This document shows positions 30,390-40,267 of a stretch of DNA of 64,000 nt, one piece after another; the stretch's first letter is position 1; each line of letters begins with the position of its first letter. Under the pieces are notes generated by a model. The model did no database searches. It was not told the DNA's origin and saw only the letters and a list, made by a program, of their open reading frames with translations. The stretch is from Desulfomonilia bacterium (lineage in GTDB: Bacteria > Desulfobacterota > Desulfomonilia > UBA1062). The position numbers and the translations under genes were made by a program. The stretch lies in contig JBEKDT010000009.1 of assembly GCA_050014195.1 (NCBI GenBank), positions 96,001-160,000 of the forward strand, in the 5' to 3' direction.

Positions 30390-30766
30390 CTCTTATATAC
30401 CTCTTTGGGGTCAAAGACCCTGACACCGTCTTCTATCAGGGTCCCGTTCTCTATCTTCCGGAAGAAGCATGATCGATTACCGGTGTGGCAGGCTGCTCCC
30501 CCGATCTGATTCACCTTGAGCAATATAGTGTCCCGGTCGCAGTCAATCCGGACCTCAACGATATCCTGTACGTTGCCGGATTCTTCTCCCTTTCTCCAGA
30601 GCTTGTTTCGTGATCGGCTGAAGTAGCATGCCCTGCCGGTGCGGAGTGTCTCTTCGAAGGACTCCTGGTTCATGTAGGCAAGCATAAGGACCTCGCCGGT
30701 GGCGGCATCTTGTGCTATAGCAGGGACAAGCCCGCCTGACTTAGCGAAATCGACCGGTATCTCCAT
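30386..30766 (-). CDS. hisI: Phosphoribosyl-AMP cyclohydrolase
   Basis: [34 protein letters not shown]. Confidence 0.95.
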   Translation of the reverse strand: MEIPVDFAKSGGLVPAIAQDAATGEVLMLAYMNQESFEETLRTGRACYFSRSRNKLWRKGEESGNVQDIVEVRIDCDRDTILLKVNQIGGAACHTGNRSCFFRKIENGTLIEDGVRVFDPKEVYKR

Positions 30767-30853
30767 GAAATGCCTCCTTAAGAGCTGAGCCTTAACAGGT
30801 TTTCGTAAAATGTGTCAAGAGTGCATGTCCCTGCATCACGAGGCTTAGATCCA

Positions 30854-32215
30854 TTATGGCTTGTGGATACTCAAGCCGGATACATCTTCTGCCGCTTCCT
30901 TGAGCAGCTCTGCCATAGTGGGGTGAGGATAGTGCGGCATGAGGAATTCCTCGATATACAATCCCTGTTCAATGGCGAGTGCTGCCAAGGAGATGAGCTC
31001 AGTAGCATGGGGGGCCATAATGGTAATCCGTTCTATTTTTCCTTCACCGCTGCAATAAACCGTTGCAAATCCATCCGATGCCTCCATGGTCCGCGCCCTG
31101 CCCAGGGCGGATACCGGGAATGTCCCTCTTTTCCCATGAGCGGTATCCATTTGATCCATCTGCTTGCCCACTGAGGCGATCTCGGGATTTGTAAAGATCA
31201 CCGATGGGATTGCGGAGTAGTTCATGATTTTCGTGCCGCCGGTGATGGTATCTACGGCAACGGCAGCCTCCTTTGCCGCTACATAGGCATACATCTGAGA
31301 ACCGGTCACATCACCAACTGCATATATTCCAGGTATGTTTGTGCGCATGGAGCGGTCAACTTTGATACCATTTGATGCGGTGAGGGCAAGGTGTAAAGGC
31401 TGGATACCATTGGGGATGACCGGCTCTCTTCCGATGCAGAGCAGGATGCCATCTCCTGTAACGGTTTCCATACCGCCTGATTTCTCTATAGTAAGATTGA
31501 AGCCGGAGGGCTTTTTAATGGTTGTTATCCGGCCTGAGGTGATGAAGCGCACCTTCTTATACTGTGAGACCAGCTGTTTTGATATCTCTTCATCCTCTGT
31601 GGCCAGGATCCTATCCAGTGCCTCGATGACAGTCACTTCAGCGCCCAGGTTTGAAAACACATGGGTCATCTCGAGGCCGATCACTCCGCCTCCTATAATT
31701 ATGAGAGAGGAAGGAAGCTGTTTGAGATCGAAGATATCATCACTTGTCAGGATACCTTCGAGTTCAAACAGGGCTGGCTTCTTCGGCCGTGAACCGGTGG
31801 CAATGATGATTGAGGAGGAAATGATGTGTTCCTCTCCAACATGAATGGAATTCTCAGATTCGAAATCGGCGTATCCCTTGAAGATGTCAACCCCGGCTTG
31901 GCTGAGCAGAAACTCTATCCCCTTGACAAGCCGCGTCACGATCCTTACTTTGCGTTTATGCAGGTTTTCAAGTGCTATTGTGGCAGTCCCTGCATCGATC
32001 CCGAACCTCTGGGCGTTTTTCATATGAATATAAAGATTGATGCTTTCTATATAGCTCTTGGCAGGAATGCACCCCAGGTTTGTGCAGGTGCCTCCGAAAT
32101 GTGAGCCTTCAGCGATCCCGACACGAAGACCTTTTTTTGCCCCGAGCAGTGCAGCGGTGTATCCGCCCGGACCACCGCCGATGACGAATAGATCATAACG
32201 TTTTTGTGTGTTCAT
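30854..32215 (-). CDS. lpdA: Dihydrolipoamide dehydrogenase
   Basis: GGGPGGY, GGTCTNLGCIP redox disulfide, GGGVIGLE, HPTMAE. Confidence 0.85.
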   Translation of the reverse strand: MNTQKRYDLFVIGGGPGGYTAALLGAKKGLRVGIAEGSHFGGTCTNLGCIPAKSYIESINLYIHMKNAQRFGIDAGTATIALENLHKRKVRIVTRLVKGIEFLLSQAGVDIFKGYADFESENSIHVGEEHIISSSIIIATGSRPKKPALFELEGILTSDDIFDLKQLPSSLIIIGGGVIGLEMTHVFSNLGAEVTVIEALDRILATEDEEISKQLVSQYKKVRFITSGRITTIKKPSGFNLTIEKSGGMETVTGDGILLCIGREPVIPNGIQPLHLALTASNGIKVDRSMRTNIPGIYAVGDVTGSQMYAYVAAKEAAVAVDTITGGTKIMNYSAIPSVIFTNPEIASVGKQMDQMDTAHGKRGTFPVSALGRARTMEASDGFATVYCSGEGKIERITIMAPHATELISLAALAIEQGLYIEEFLMPHYPHPTMAELLKEAAEDVSGLSIHKP

Positions 32216-32544
32216 GATCCGCTCTTTTTTCTCTTCTTTCCAGGAATGGGGTAGAATACATCGATGAAAGAATGCTTGAAGACCTTTAACGCCTCCCTGT
32301 GTATTACCAGCATCTCCCTGCGAATGAGGGCGAGCTTGTGGAGCTCATTGAACTTATCCACAAGGGAGTTGTATTCTTCAATGCTTCGAGCCTGATTCAT
32401 AAATACCTCAAGTTCCTTGAGCTGATTCAGAACGGACTCGAGTTGATAACCCGAGTGTCCCAGGGCCTTGGCCATCTCCTCAAGGATCTCTTCTTGCGTC
32501 TTGTCAACGCTGTCCTTTGCCACATCTTGGCCTATAACACACAA
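32212..32544 (-). CDS. Hypothetical helical protein
   Basis: Stop overlaps lpdA start; coiled-coil-like, ends LVIHREAL...YPIP. Confidence 0.6.
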   Translation of the reverse strand: MCVIGQDVAKDSVDKTQEEILEEMAKALGHSGYQLESVLNQLKELEVFMNQARSIEEYNSLVDKFNELHKLALIRREMLVIHREALKVFKHSFIDVFYPIPGKKRKKSGS

Positions 32545-32656
32545 GATCCCTGCCGCGAAAGACCTCGGACGATCTCCTGAGCAGAAGCAAGAGGAAACAT
32601 ACAGCTAGTATATTTTCCTGAGCGATTATATGATAAGATCATGATGTCCTTGGGGA

Positions 32657-32684
32657 TAAAGAATCTCCTTCCGAAATCCGATAA
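32657..32684 (+). promoter_or_regulatory. sigma28-like promoter upstream of pfk
   Basis: TAAA-N16-TCCGATAA ending 22 nt before the ATG. Confidence 0.55.
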
Positions 32685-32706
32685 GTAAGTATATGCGGAG
32701 GGTTAA

Positions 32707-34023
32707 ATGAATCTTGATATATTCTCAGATCACATCGACACCACGATCCAGTCATTGGGTAAACCGACAATAGAGTCCCCAGTGAGGGGAACCACGATCT
32801 TTGTTGAAGATAATGAGCGGGTTATCATCGATACCTCGCTGGCATTTTTTAATAGGTGTTCAAGCGGCGATTCTGCGCCGATGTCTTTTGAGCTGGCAGG
32901 ACCCCGCAGAAAGATATTCTTTGATCCTTCCAAGACCAAGTGCGGCATTGTGACATGCGGTGGGCTCTGTCCAGGCATCAATGATGTGATCAGGAGCATT
33001 GTGCTTGAGCTCTACCATGCCTACAGCGTGGAGAATATTTATGGTATCACGTATGGACTCCAGGGGTTCATCCCGAAATACAAGCATCCGCTTGTCGAAC
33101 TCACTCCTGCATATGTTGAGCACATCCATGGAATGGGAGGCACCGTGCTCGGGTCCTCTCGCGGGTCTGAGGATATCTCAGAGATCGTGGATGCCATTGA
33201 GCGGTTGAATATGAATATCGTGTTCTTCATCGGTGGCGACGGTACATTGAAGGCATCCTCCGCAGTTGCAAAGGAGGCCTTAGACCGGGGATTCAAGTGC
33301 TCGATCATCACAGTGCCCAAGACCATAGATAATGACATCTATTTCGTCTCCAAGACATTCGGGTTCGATACCGCCGTGGAGGAGGCCAGGAGGGTGATCC
33401 AGAGCGCACATGTAGAGGCGAGGGGGGCACCAAACGGCATTGGGCTTGTCAAGGTAATGGGCAGGGATTCAGGGTTCATTGCAGCCAATGCCGCCCTTGC
33501 ATCCCGGGATGCCAACTTCGTGCTCGTACCTGAGGAGGACTTTGATCTTGATGGAGATAATGGCTTCCTGGAGACGCTCGAGATAAGACTCAATTCAAGA
33601 GGCCATGCCGTGGTCGTAGTGGCCGAAGGTGCCGGCCAGAAGTTCTTTAAGGATCTCCCTGAAGAGAAAGACGCCTCCGGTAATGTAAAAAAACATGATA
33701 TTGGTCAATATCTCAAGGAGCAGATCGAACGCTACTTTCGAACCCACGATATGCCCATGAATCTCAAGTACCTCGAACCAAGCTATATGATCCGGAGTGT
33801 GGTTGCGAATGCAGCCGACTCCATCTTTTGCGGGTTCCTTGCCCAGATGGCGGTCCATGCCGGAATGAGCGGAAAAACCGATATGTTGATTGGGTTGTGG
33901 AATAATGTATATGTACATATACCCAATGCAATCTGTATGAAGGGAAGGAAGACGATCGATACAAACGGGCCTTTGTGGATGAGCGTTAGGGAATCAACAG
34001 GGCAGCCCATCATGAGGAATTAG
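32707..34023 (+). CDS. pfkA: ATP-dependent 6-phosphofructokinase (group X type)
   Basis: TCGGLCPG.N, GGT.LGSSRG, GGDGT (ATP type), PKTIDND, MGRDSG. Confidence 0.9.
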   Translation: MNLDIFSDHIDTTIQSLGKPTIESPVRGTTIFVEDNERVIIDTSLAFFNRCSSGDSAPMSFELAGPRRKIFFDPSKTKCGIVTCGGLCPGINDVIRSIVLELYHAYSVENIYGITYGLQGFIPKYKHPLVELTPAYVEHIHGMGGTVLGSSRGSEDISEIVDAIERLNMNIVFFIGGDGTLKASSAVAKEALDRGFKCSIITVPKTIDNDIYFVSKTFGFDTAVEEARRVIQSAHVEARGAPNGIGLVKVMGRDSGFIAANAALASRDANFVLVPEEDFDLDGDNGFLETLEIRLNSRGHAVVVVAEGAGQKFFKDLPEEKDASGNVKKHDIGQYLKEQIERYFRTHDMPMNLKYLEPSYMIRSVVANAADSIFCGFLAQMAVHAGMSGKTDMLIGLWNNVYVHIPNAICMKGRKTIDTNGPLWMSVRESTGQPIMRN

Positions 34024-34071
34024 AGGATAGTCCTTCAAGGGGCCTGGGCTTTGATCGAAAAGGAGCTGGCT

Positions 34072-34833
34072 ATGGATGACAAAATTTTATTAGAAGATGA
34101 TATCGTTGATCTTACTGACCTTCTGGAGGAAGGCAGCCCACCCAAGAAGCCCCAACAGGCTGAAGCCAAGAGGAAGATGGTGAATGAACCCGATTCCTTT
34201 GACCTTGGTAAGGAGATCTCTATGGATTATGACGTATCCGTTGAAGAGATCGAGCATGATAGCACCTTGCTTATGGATGGGCCTCCCCTGGATCTTGATA
34301 AAAAGCCACCTGAACAGACCAAGGTCAAGAGCGATGTGGACGATCTCTTGAAGAAGCCCCTGTTGGATATTGAGGCCGAGATCGATCTGGCAATAAAGGA
34401 CAAGTTCGAGGATGTAGGTCTGACATCTAAAGAAGAGGAAGCGCTTCTGAATGAAGGACCGGCAGAGGAAGTTCCCACTATCATAGAAGGGAAGCCGGCA
34501 TCCCCGAAAGAAGAGGTTCTGGCGCCGATGGAAGAACCGGCAAGGGTTGAGAGGGTTTCTCTACCTGAGATTGAGCCCTCACCAGCAGAGGAACCCTTAA
34601 GTGTCCTGCAGGGAATACCGAAGGCCGACATCCCTGTGGATATGCCTACCGAGGCTATTCTGGATGCTGTGATCAGTGAATTCAGAAAAGAAATGCCCGC
34701 ACTCCTGGAAGGTATTGTCAGGCCCGTGGTGAAGGAACTGCTTCAGGAAATCATCTCCTCGACCCGTGAAGTGATTCCCGGGATTGTTGAGAAAGTGATC
34801 CAAGAGGAAATCGAAAAGCTCAAGAAGCTCTAG
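34072..34833 (+). CDS. Acidic Pro/Glu-rich protein with PopZ(DUF2497)/RomR-C-like C-terminal helices
   Basis: AGGAG RBS before ATG 34072; EDDIVDLTD; disordered acidic linker; VRPVVKELL...IPGIVEKVIQEEIEKL. Confidence 0.6.
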   Translation: MDDKILLEDDIVDLTDLLEEGSPPKKPQQAEAKRKMVNEPDSFDLGKEISMDYDVSVEEIEHDSTLLMDGPPLDLDKKPPEQTKVKSDVDDLLKKPLLDIEAEIDLAIKDKFEDVGLTSKEEEALLNEGPAEEVPTIIEGKPASPKEEVLAPMEEPARVERVSLPEIEPSPAEEPLSVLQGIPKADIPVDMPTEAILDAVISEFRKEMPALLEGIVRPVVKELLQEIISSTREVIPGIVEKVIQEEIEKLKKL

Positions 34834-34863
34834 GATGCTTTAAGGGGCGGCTGGTATCTGTTT

Positions 34864-35030
34864 GGGCAAGGTCCTCTGACGCTTATCAGATAACTCCAGT
34901 ACTCAGATAAAGGTGTTGGAGTTTTCTGTTTAAAACAAGATCCGGCAGACGATCACTTTAAGGTTTTTCACTAACTATTCGTTCAATCATAGAGCACCTG
35001 CAGAGAACACCCCAGAGGCTTTTGCCTTTT
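34864..35030 (+). ncRNA. Candidate structured RNA upstream of valS (family unknown)
   Basis: Closing helix GGGCAAGG-T-CCTCTG / CAGAGG-C-TTTTGCCT plus internal hairpin CAGATAACTCCAGTACT/AGGTGTTGGAGTTTTCTG; G-U pairs favour + strand. Confidence 0.35.
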
Positions 35031-35079
35031 ACGGTCTTTTCATGCTATGAGATGTGCCACAACCAAGCAGGAGTGCGAG

Positions 35080-37716
35080 ATGCTCGACAAAGACTATGAC
35101 CCCAAAGATTTTGAGCAGAAATGGTATGAGATCTGGCTTGAGAAGAAGTATTTCCACGCCAATGAAGATGATGGAACAAGGCCTGCTTATACAATCGTAA
35201 TCCCGCCCCCCAATGTTACGGGTGTTCTCCACATGGGACATGCGCTGAATAATACCCTACAGGATATCATGATCCGCTACAAGCGTATGGATGGATATAA
35301 TTCTTTGTGGATGCCCGGTACTGACCACGCGGGTATTGCTACACAGAACGTGGTGGAAAAGTCCTTGTCGGAGAGAGGGATCTCAAGGCATGATCTGGGA
35401 AGGGATGCCTTCATATCGGAGGTCTGGAAGTGGAGGGAAAAGCACGGAGGCCTCATCATCAGTCAGCTCAAGAGGCTGGGTGCCTCCTGTGACTGGGACC
35501 GGACACGCTTCACAATGGACGAAGGTCTCTCGAACGCGGTCAGAAAGGTCTTTGTCACCCTGTATGAAGATGGCCTGATATACCGGAGCGATTATATCGT
35601 AAACTGGTGCCCGCGGTGCCACAGCGCCATATCCGACCTGGAGGTGGAGCACGAGGAAGAGGATGGACATCTTTGGCATATCAGGTATCCCCTTGCCGAT
35701 GGTAGTGGTGATGTTGTGGTGGCTACCACCAGGCCTGAGACCATGCTCGGTGATACGGCCGTGGCAGTCAACCCTGATGACGAGCGATATAAAGCAATGA
35801 TTGGAAAGGACCTTATCCTTCCTGTCATGAACCGTCGAATCCCCATTATTGCCGATCAACTGGTGGATAAAGAATTCGGCACGGGCGCCGTCAAGGTCAC
35901 GCCCGCCCACGACCTCAACGACTATGAGATGAGCCTACGCCATGGGCTCGAGGTCATAGTGATCATCGATGAATCCGGGAATATGAACGTCAATGCCGGG
36001 CAATATATGGGACTCGACCGGTTTGAGTGCAGAAAGCAGCTGGAGAGGGATCTGGAGGAACAAGGATTCCTCGTGGACAAGACCCATTACCGGGTACCGG
36101 TGGGTAAGTGCTACCGGTGCAAGACCACTATTGAGCCCTATCTCTCAAAGCAATGGTTCGTCAAAACCAGGCCATTGGCCGAAGAGGCAATCAGGGCCGT
36201 ACAAGACGGAAGGACGAGGATCATCCCCAAACAATGGGAAAAGGTTTACTATGAATGGATGAACAATATCCGCGACTGGTGCATCTCACGCCAGATCTGG
36301 TGGGGGCACAGGATACCGGCCTGGTACTGTGATGACTGTGAGGAGGTCATTGTAAGTGAGACCGAGCCCAAGCAGTGCACCAATTGTAAATCAGGCAATC
36401 TCAGGCAGGAAACCGATGTACTCGACACCTGGTTCTCCTCCGGATTGTGGCCTTTCTCCACCTTGGGTTGGCCGGATCAGACAGACACCTTGAAGCGATT
36501 TTACCCCACGGATGTTCTCATCACCGGGTTTGACATCCTCTTCTTCTGGGTGGCAAGGATGATGATGCTCGGTCTTAAGTTCATGAACGATGTCCCTTTT
36601 AGAGATGTTTACCTCCATGCCCTGGTGCGCGACGAACAGGGGCAGAAGATGAGCAAATCTAAGGGAAACATCGTGGACCCCCTTGTGGAGATGGACAAGT
36701 ACGGGGCTGATGCCTTCAGGTTTGCGCTGACCGCCTTTGCCGCCATGGGGAGAGACGTGCGCATTAGTGATAAGCGTATACAGGGGTATCGCTTCTTCAT
36801 CAACAAGATCTGGAACGCAGGTAAATTTGTTTTGAGCAATATACAAGGCTTTGAACCGAAAGGTGTAGCCCTTGACACGGCAAAACTCGGGCTTGCTGAA
36901 AAGTGGATCCTGACCGAGCTGAACAAGACCATCCGGGATGCTAGAGCCGCTCTTGATGAATACCGCTATAACGATGCTGCGGATACCCTCTACCAGTTCA
37001 CCTGGCACACCTTCTGTGACTGGTACATCGAGCTCTCCAAGTCCATGCTGAATACCGAGGGTGTGCTGTATACGAGGTGGGTGCTTCACTACGTATTGAA
37101 GGCTATCCTCGAGCTGTTGCATCCCATCGTTCCCTTTGTAACCGAGGAGATCTGGCAGTGTCTGCCCGGAAGAGAAGGAGAATCCATCGTAATCGCATCA
37201 TATCCGAAGGAGCGGGGTGAATTCAACTTCACCGGCGATGCCGAGCTCATGAGCTATATTATTGAGATTATTTCCGGTGTACGCAGTATCCGGGGTGAGA
37301 CAGGCATATCGCCTGCTCTGTTGCTTGATGTAGTCATCCGGGTAATTGATCCGAGGCTTAAGGGTCTTCTCGACGCCAATAGCGTGCATATCAAGGACTT
37401 GGCACGGGTATCCCGGGTTGGATTCATCGCCGATGAGACGAAGCGCCCGAAGAAGTGTGCCCTTGCTGTGAGGAAAGGACTCGAGGTCTATGTACCCTTG
37501 GAAGGGGTGATTGATATAGAAAAAGAAGTTGACCGCCTTACTAAGCAGATGGGTAAGGTAAAGAAGGAGCTTGAGGAGAAACTCAAGAAGCTTAATAACC
37601 CGAACTTTATTGAAAAAGCCAAGAGGGAAGTTGTGGAAGAGCAGATTAAGATAAAGGAAGGCCTGGAGTTCGAGCTTAAGAGTCTCCAAAAGTCCTATAC
37701 GTTGCTTCAAGGGTAA
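35080..37716 (+). CDS. valS: Valine--tRNA ligase
   Basis: PPPNVTG.LHMGH, DWCISRQIWWGH, KMSKS, C-terminal coiled coil; AGGAG RBS before ATG 35080. Confidence 0.97.
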   Translation: MLDKDYDPKDFEQKWYEIWLEKKYFHANEDDGTRPAYTIVIPPPNVTGVLHMGHALNNTLQDIMIRYKRMDGYNSLWMPGTDHAGIATQNVVEKSLSERGISRHDLGRDAFISEVWKWREKHGGLIISQLKRLGASCDWDRTRFTMDEGLSNAVRKVFVTLYEDGLIYRSDYIVNWCPRCHSAISDLEVEHEEEDGHLWHIRYPLADGSGDVVVATTRPETMLGDTAVAVNPDDERYKAMIGKDLILPVMNRRIPIIADQLVDKEFGTGAVKVTPAHDLNDYEMSLRHGLEVIVIIDESGNMNVNAGQYMGLDRFECRKQLERDLEEQGFLVDKTHYRVPVGKCYRCKTTIEPYLSKQWFVKTRPLAEEAIRAVQDGRTRIIPKQWEKVYYEWMNNIRDWCISRQIWWGHRIPAWYCDDCEEVIVSETEPKQCTNCKSGNLRQETDVLDTWFSSGLWPFSTLGWPDQTDTLKRFYPTDVLITGFDILFFWVARMMMLGLKFMNDVPFRDVYLHALVRDEQGQKMSKSKGNIVDPLVEMDKYGADAFRFALTAFAAMGRDVRISDKRIQGYRFFINKIWNAGKFVLSNIQGFEPKGVALDTAKLGLAEKWILTELNKTIRDARAALDEYRYNDAADTLYQFTWHTFCDWYIELSKSMLNTEGVLYTRWVLHYVLKAILELLHPIVPFVTEEIWQCLPGREGESIVIASYPKERGEFNFTGDAELMSYIIEIISGVRSIRGETGISPALLLDVVIRVIDPRLKGLLDANSVHIKDLARVSRVGFIADETKRPKKCALAVRKGLEVYVPLEGVIDIEKEVDRLTKQMGKVKKELEEKLKKLNNPNFIEKAKREVVEEQIKIKEGLEFELKSLQKSYTLLQG

Positions 37717-38435
37717 TGAACCTGCTGAAATCAAAGGGACTGATTACAGAGGTCATAGATCTCGCAGAGGTGGACTCCACCAACCAATATGCCCTGAGTG
37801 CAGGCAGACCCGGCCTGCTTGTTCGCTCCCGTGTCCAGACTGCAGGCAGGGGCAGAAGGGGCAGGACATGGTACTCATCAAAAGGCGAAAATGTATACAT
37901 GACCGTTACCTTGACGCCGCCGGAAGAACGCTATCCCATAATCGCCGGCATTGCCGTCCGGGCCGCTATTGAAAGCTTACTTCCCAATCAGTCAGTAGCC
38001 ATCAAATGGCCCAATGATATAGTTATCTCGGGAAAGAAGGTATGCGGGATCCTCTGCGAGGCCAGAGGGGCCATAACAGCTATCGGTATTGGTGTCAATG
38101 TGAACCAACAGGCATGGCCTGGAGAGCTCGAGCATAGGGCCATTTCTCTAAAACAGGTGTCGCAGCGGAATTTCAGCATTGATGAGGTGACTGAAGTGAT
38201 AGCGGAAAATCTCTGCCGATGGATAGAGGTGTTTCGCAGCCGGGGATTTGGTCCGATTAGGGATGAGTTTTTATGCCATGGAATGCTTGAGGGATATGAT
38301 GTTTATAATGATAAAGGTCATAGATGCACCATAATCGACATCACGATAGATGGTCACCTCGTTATCGATGTGGATGGTAAGAGAAATATCCTCGTACATG
38401 AACCGGTGTCCCTTGGATGGGACAAGGATGTTTAA
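37716..38435 (+). CDS. birA: Biotin--[acetyl-CoA-carboxylase] ligase without HTH (group I)
   Basis: VDSTN, QTAGRGRRGR.W, KWPND, KVCGIL.E. Confidence 0.92.
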   Translation: MNLLKSKGLITEVIDLAEVDSTNQYALSAGRPGLLVRSRVQTAGRGRRGRTWYSSKGENVYMTVTLTPPEERYPIIAGIAVRAAIESLLPNQSVAIKWPNDIVISGKKVCGILCEARGAITAIGIGVNVNQQAWPGELEHRAISLKQVSQRNFSIDEVTEVIAENLCRWIEVFRSRGFGPIRDEFLCHGMLEGYDVYNDKGHRCTIIDITIDGHLVIDVDGKRNILVHEPVSLGWDKDV

Positions 38436-38573
38436 GACCCTGGATTTTTAGATAAACCTTATAGGATTGATTTCTTTTTTCTATCCCGGTAAGCATTATG
38501 ACTTCCAGGTGCTACTATAGGCCGACCCTTGTCTTTTCAATGGTTGAAGCTAACATAGTATCCGGGAGGGAAT

Positions 38574-39047
38574 ATGCGCATAGACAGAAATATCAAAGAG
38601 AGAGGGCATGATCCGTACAGCGAAGGTCGCAAACATGCCGAAGGTGCATACTGCCCGGAATGCCACGCCGTCTATCAGGGAGGCAGGTGGGTATGGCCGG
38701 AGGGGCCTGTTTCTTTGGGCGAACCTCTCCTTTGTTCCTCATGCAGGAGGATCAGGGATGACTTTCCAGCAGGCGAGCTCTATCTGTCGGGCAATTATCT
38801 GATAAAGCACAAAAAAGAGATTGAAAACCTGATCCATAAGATTGCCAAAGAGGCCAGAGAGAGATCACCGCTCAAGAGGATGATGGATATGAAAAAACAA
38901 GACCAGGGCTTGTGTGTGAGATTGACCGATGACCATCTTGCACGGCACATCGGTGATGCTATTTTCCGTGCTTATAGGGGGGATCTGCAGCTCAAATATT
39001 CTGATGAGCAGAAGTTTGTACGACTCTACTGGCACCGCGATGAATGA
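38574..39047 (+). CDS. BCAM0308-family Cys-rich protein
   Basis: HDPY, CPEC.AVY..GRW.W, CSSCRRIRDDFPAG, HLARHIG, VRLYW.R pattern recalled for this family. Confidence 0.7.
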   Translation: MRIDRNIKERGHDPYSEGRKHAEGAYCPECHAVYQGGRWVWPEGPVSLGEPLLCSSCRRIRDDFPAGELYLSGNYLIKHKKEIENLIHKIAKEARERSPLKRMMDMKKQDQGLCVRLTDDHLARHIGDAIFRAYRGDLQLKYSDEQKFVRLYWHRDE

Positions 39048-39799
39048 AAAGGCTTCTTGTCATCAATGCCGATGACTTAGGCTTAAGTCCAGATATAAAT
39101 TCCGGGATATTGTGGGGCATGGGGCAGGGCTTTATCAGCGACACCTCAGTGATGGTCAAGGCCCCATATGCCGAGCCTGCAATACGAGGGCTTAAGGCTT
39201 TAGGCATTAAGCATACGGGTATCCATATCAACCTGGATGATATGCTCGGTTGGAAGCCGGGAGGCATTGAACTCAAGGCCAGGCCAGCCCTCATGGAGAT
39301 GTTGGATGACCAGGAATTTATGAGAGAATGCGCCAGCGAGGCTCGGGAACAGATCGAGATCTTCTTGTCTTTCGGCCTTATACCCACACACTTAGACACT
39401 CACCATCATGTACATGGGTTCTCTTCCATATTTGATTTTCTTGTAGATCACTTGATAGAATACGGTATTCCCGCTCTCAGGTTCAGCAGGCATGGTTATC
39501 GGCTCCCCACCCGGGAAGATATCTCATATACTGATAAGCTCTATGCCCATATGGAAGAGAGACTCAAGCGTAACGGGATATATTTCAGTACGCATTTTTT
39601 AGAGGGTGCCAGCAGGATCGTCGATGTGGATCAAGGGGTCACGGAGCTTGTGGTCCATCCTTCCATGGGAGGAGAGCCCTGGAGGTCGGAAGAACTTAAG
39701 ATCATTCAAATGAAAGGCACGCCCGTCAACTTGGAGCGTAATGGCATTGAACTGGTCAGTTTCCAAGATGTTTTACGGGCAGATACACCTGATTTATGA
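39044..39799 (+). CDS. YdjC/ChbG family carbohydrate deacetylase
   Basis: INADDLG, GIHINL, PTHLDTHHHVH, ELVVHP. Confidence 0.88.
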   Translation: MKRLLVINADDLGLSPDINSGILWGMGQGFISDTSVMVKAPYAEPAIRGLKALGIKHTGIHINLDDMLGWKPGGIELKARPALMEMLDDQEFMRECASEAREQIEIFLSFGLIPTHLDTHHHVHGFSSIFDFLVDHLIEYGIPALRFSRHGYRLPTREDISYTDKLYAHMEERLKRNGIYFSTHFLEGASRIVDVDQGVTELVVHPSMGGEPWRSEELKIIQMKGTPVNLERNGIELVSFQDVLRADTPDL

Positions 39800-40063
39800 G
39801 AGCCCCTTGTTATCCAGTTCCTTGTTCCGTAAGCTCAGACTGATATCCACGAGTACCATGAGGCCGTTTAAGGCATACAGGGTTACCACCCAGTCAAGGT
39901 TGTAAAACAGCTTGTGAAGGATCCCTGCGATATAGCCGATAAAAACGATAATAAGGAATGCAATGCTTTTGCCCCGGGCGGTCCTTGATGTGTAGGATTT
40001 ATAGATGGATGTGGGCCAGGCAGAGCCGAAACAGATAAGCATTATCACTTCGAAGATACTCAT
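39794..40063 (-). CDS. Small 3-TM PQ-loop/SemiSWEET-like membrane protein
   Basis: FEVIMLICFG.AWP.SI.KS..S.TA.GKS pattern, three hydrophobic segments. Confidence 0.6.
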   Translation of the reverse strand: MSIFEVIMLICFGSAWPTSIYKSYTSRTARGKSIAFLIIVFIGYIAGILHKLFYNLDWVVTLYALNGLMVLVDISLSLRNKELDNKGLS

Positions 40064-40203
40064 GGTTAAGCTCACCTCTTACTTGCTTGTTTGATATTCC
40101 ATCCAGCTGGGTATCATGGATTACTCTGCTATACTATAGGTAATCACTGCATGTTTCTTCGTTATACAACAGAATATGTCATAGGTCACTGACATTTCAT
40201 GAG

Positions 40204-40237
40204 AAAAGGCCGGAGGGCTTCTGTCCCCTCCGGCCTT
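40204..40237 (-). terminator. Intrinsic terminator of pilBTC
   Basis: AAGGCCGGAGGG/CCCTCCGGCCTT stem with T-run on - strand, 30 nt after the pilC stop. Confidence 0.8.
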
Positions 40238-40267
40238 AGATAAGCCTTAGGTGTGTATGGTCAAGTT

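Noticed and set aside
13024-32215. E1 alpha/beta plus lpdA as a pyruvate dehydrogenase operon
   Set aside because: 16 kb apart, opposite strands, no E2 gene; the E1 pair is embedded in the glycan locus
34864-35030. T-box riboswitch or 6S RNA assignment for the valS leader
   Set aside because: No T-box antiterminator motif; internal branching and context do not fit 6S; kept only as an unassigned candidate
36391-37734. Long antisense ORFs within valS
   Set aside because: Codon-bias shadows of a conserved gene
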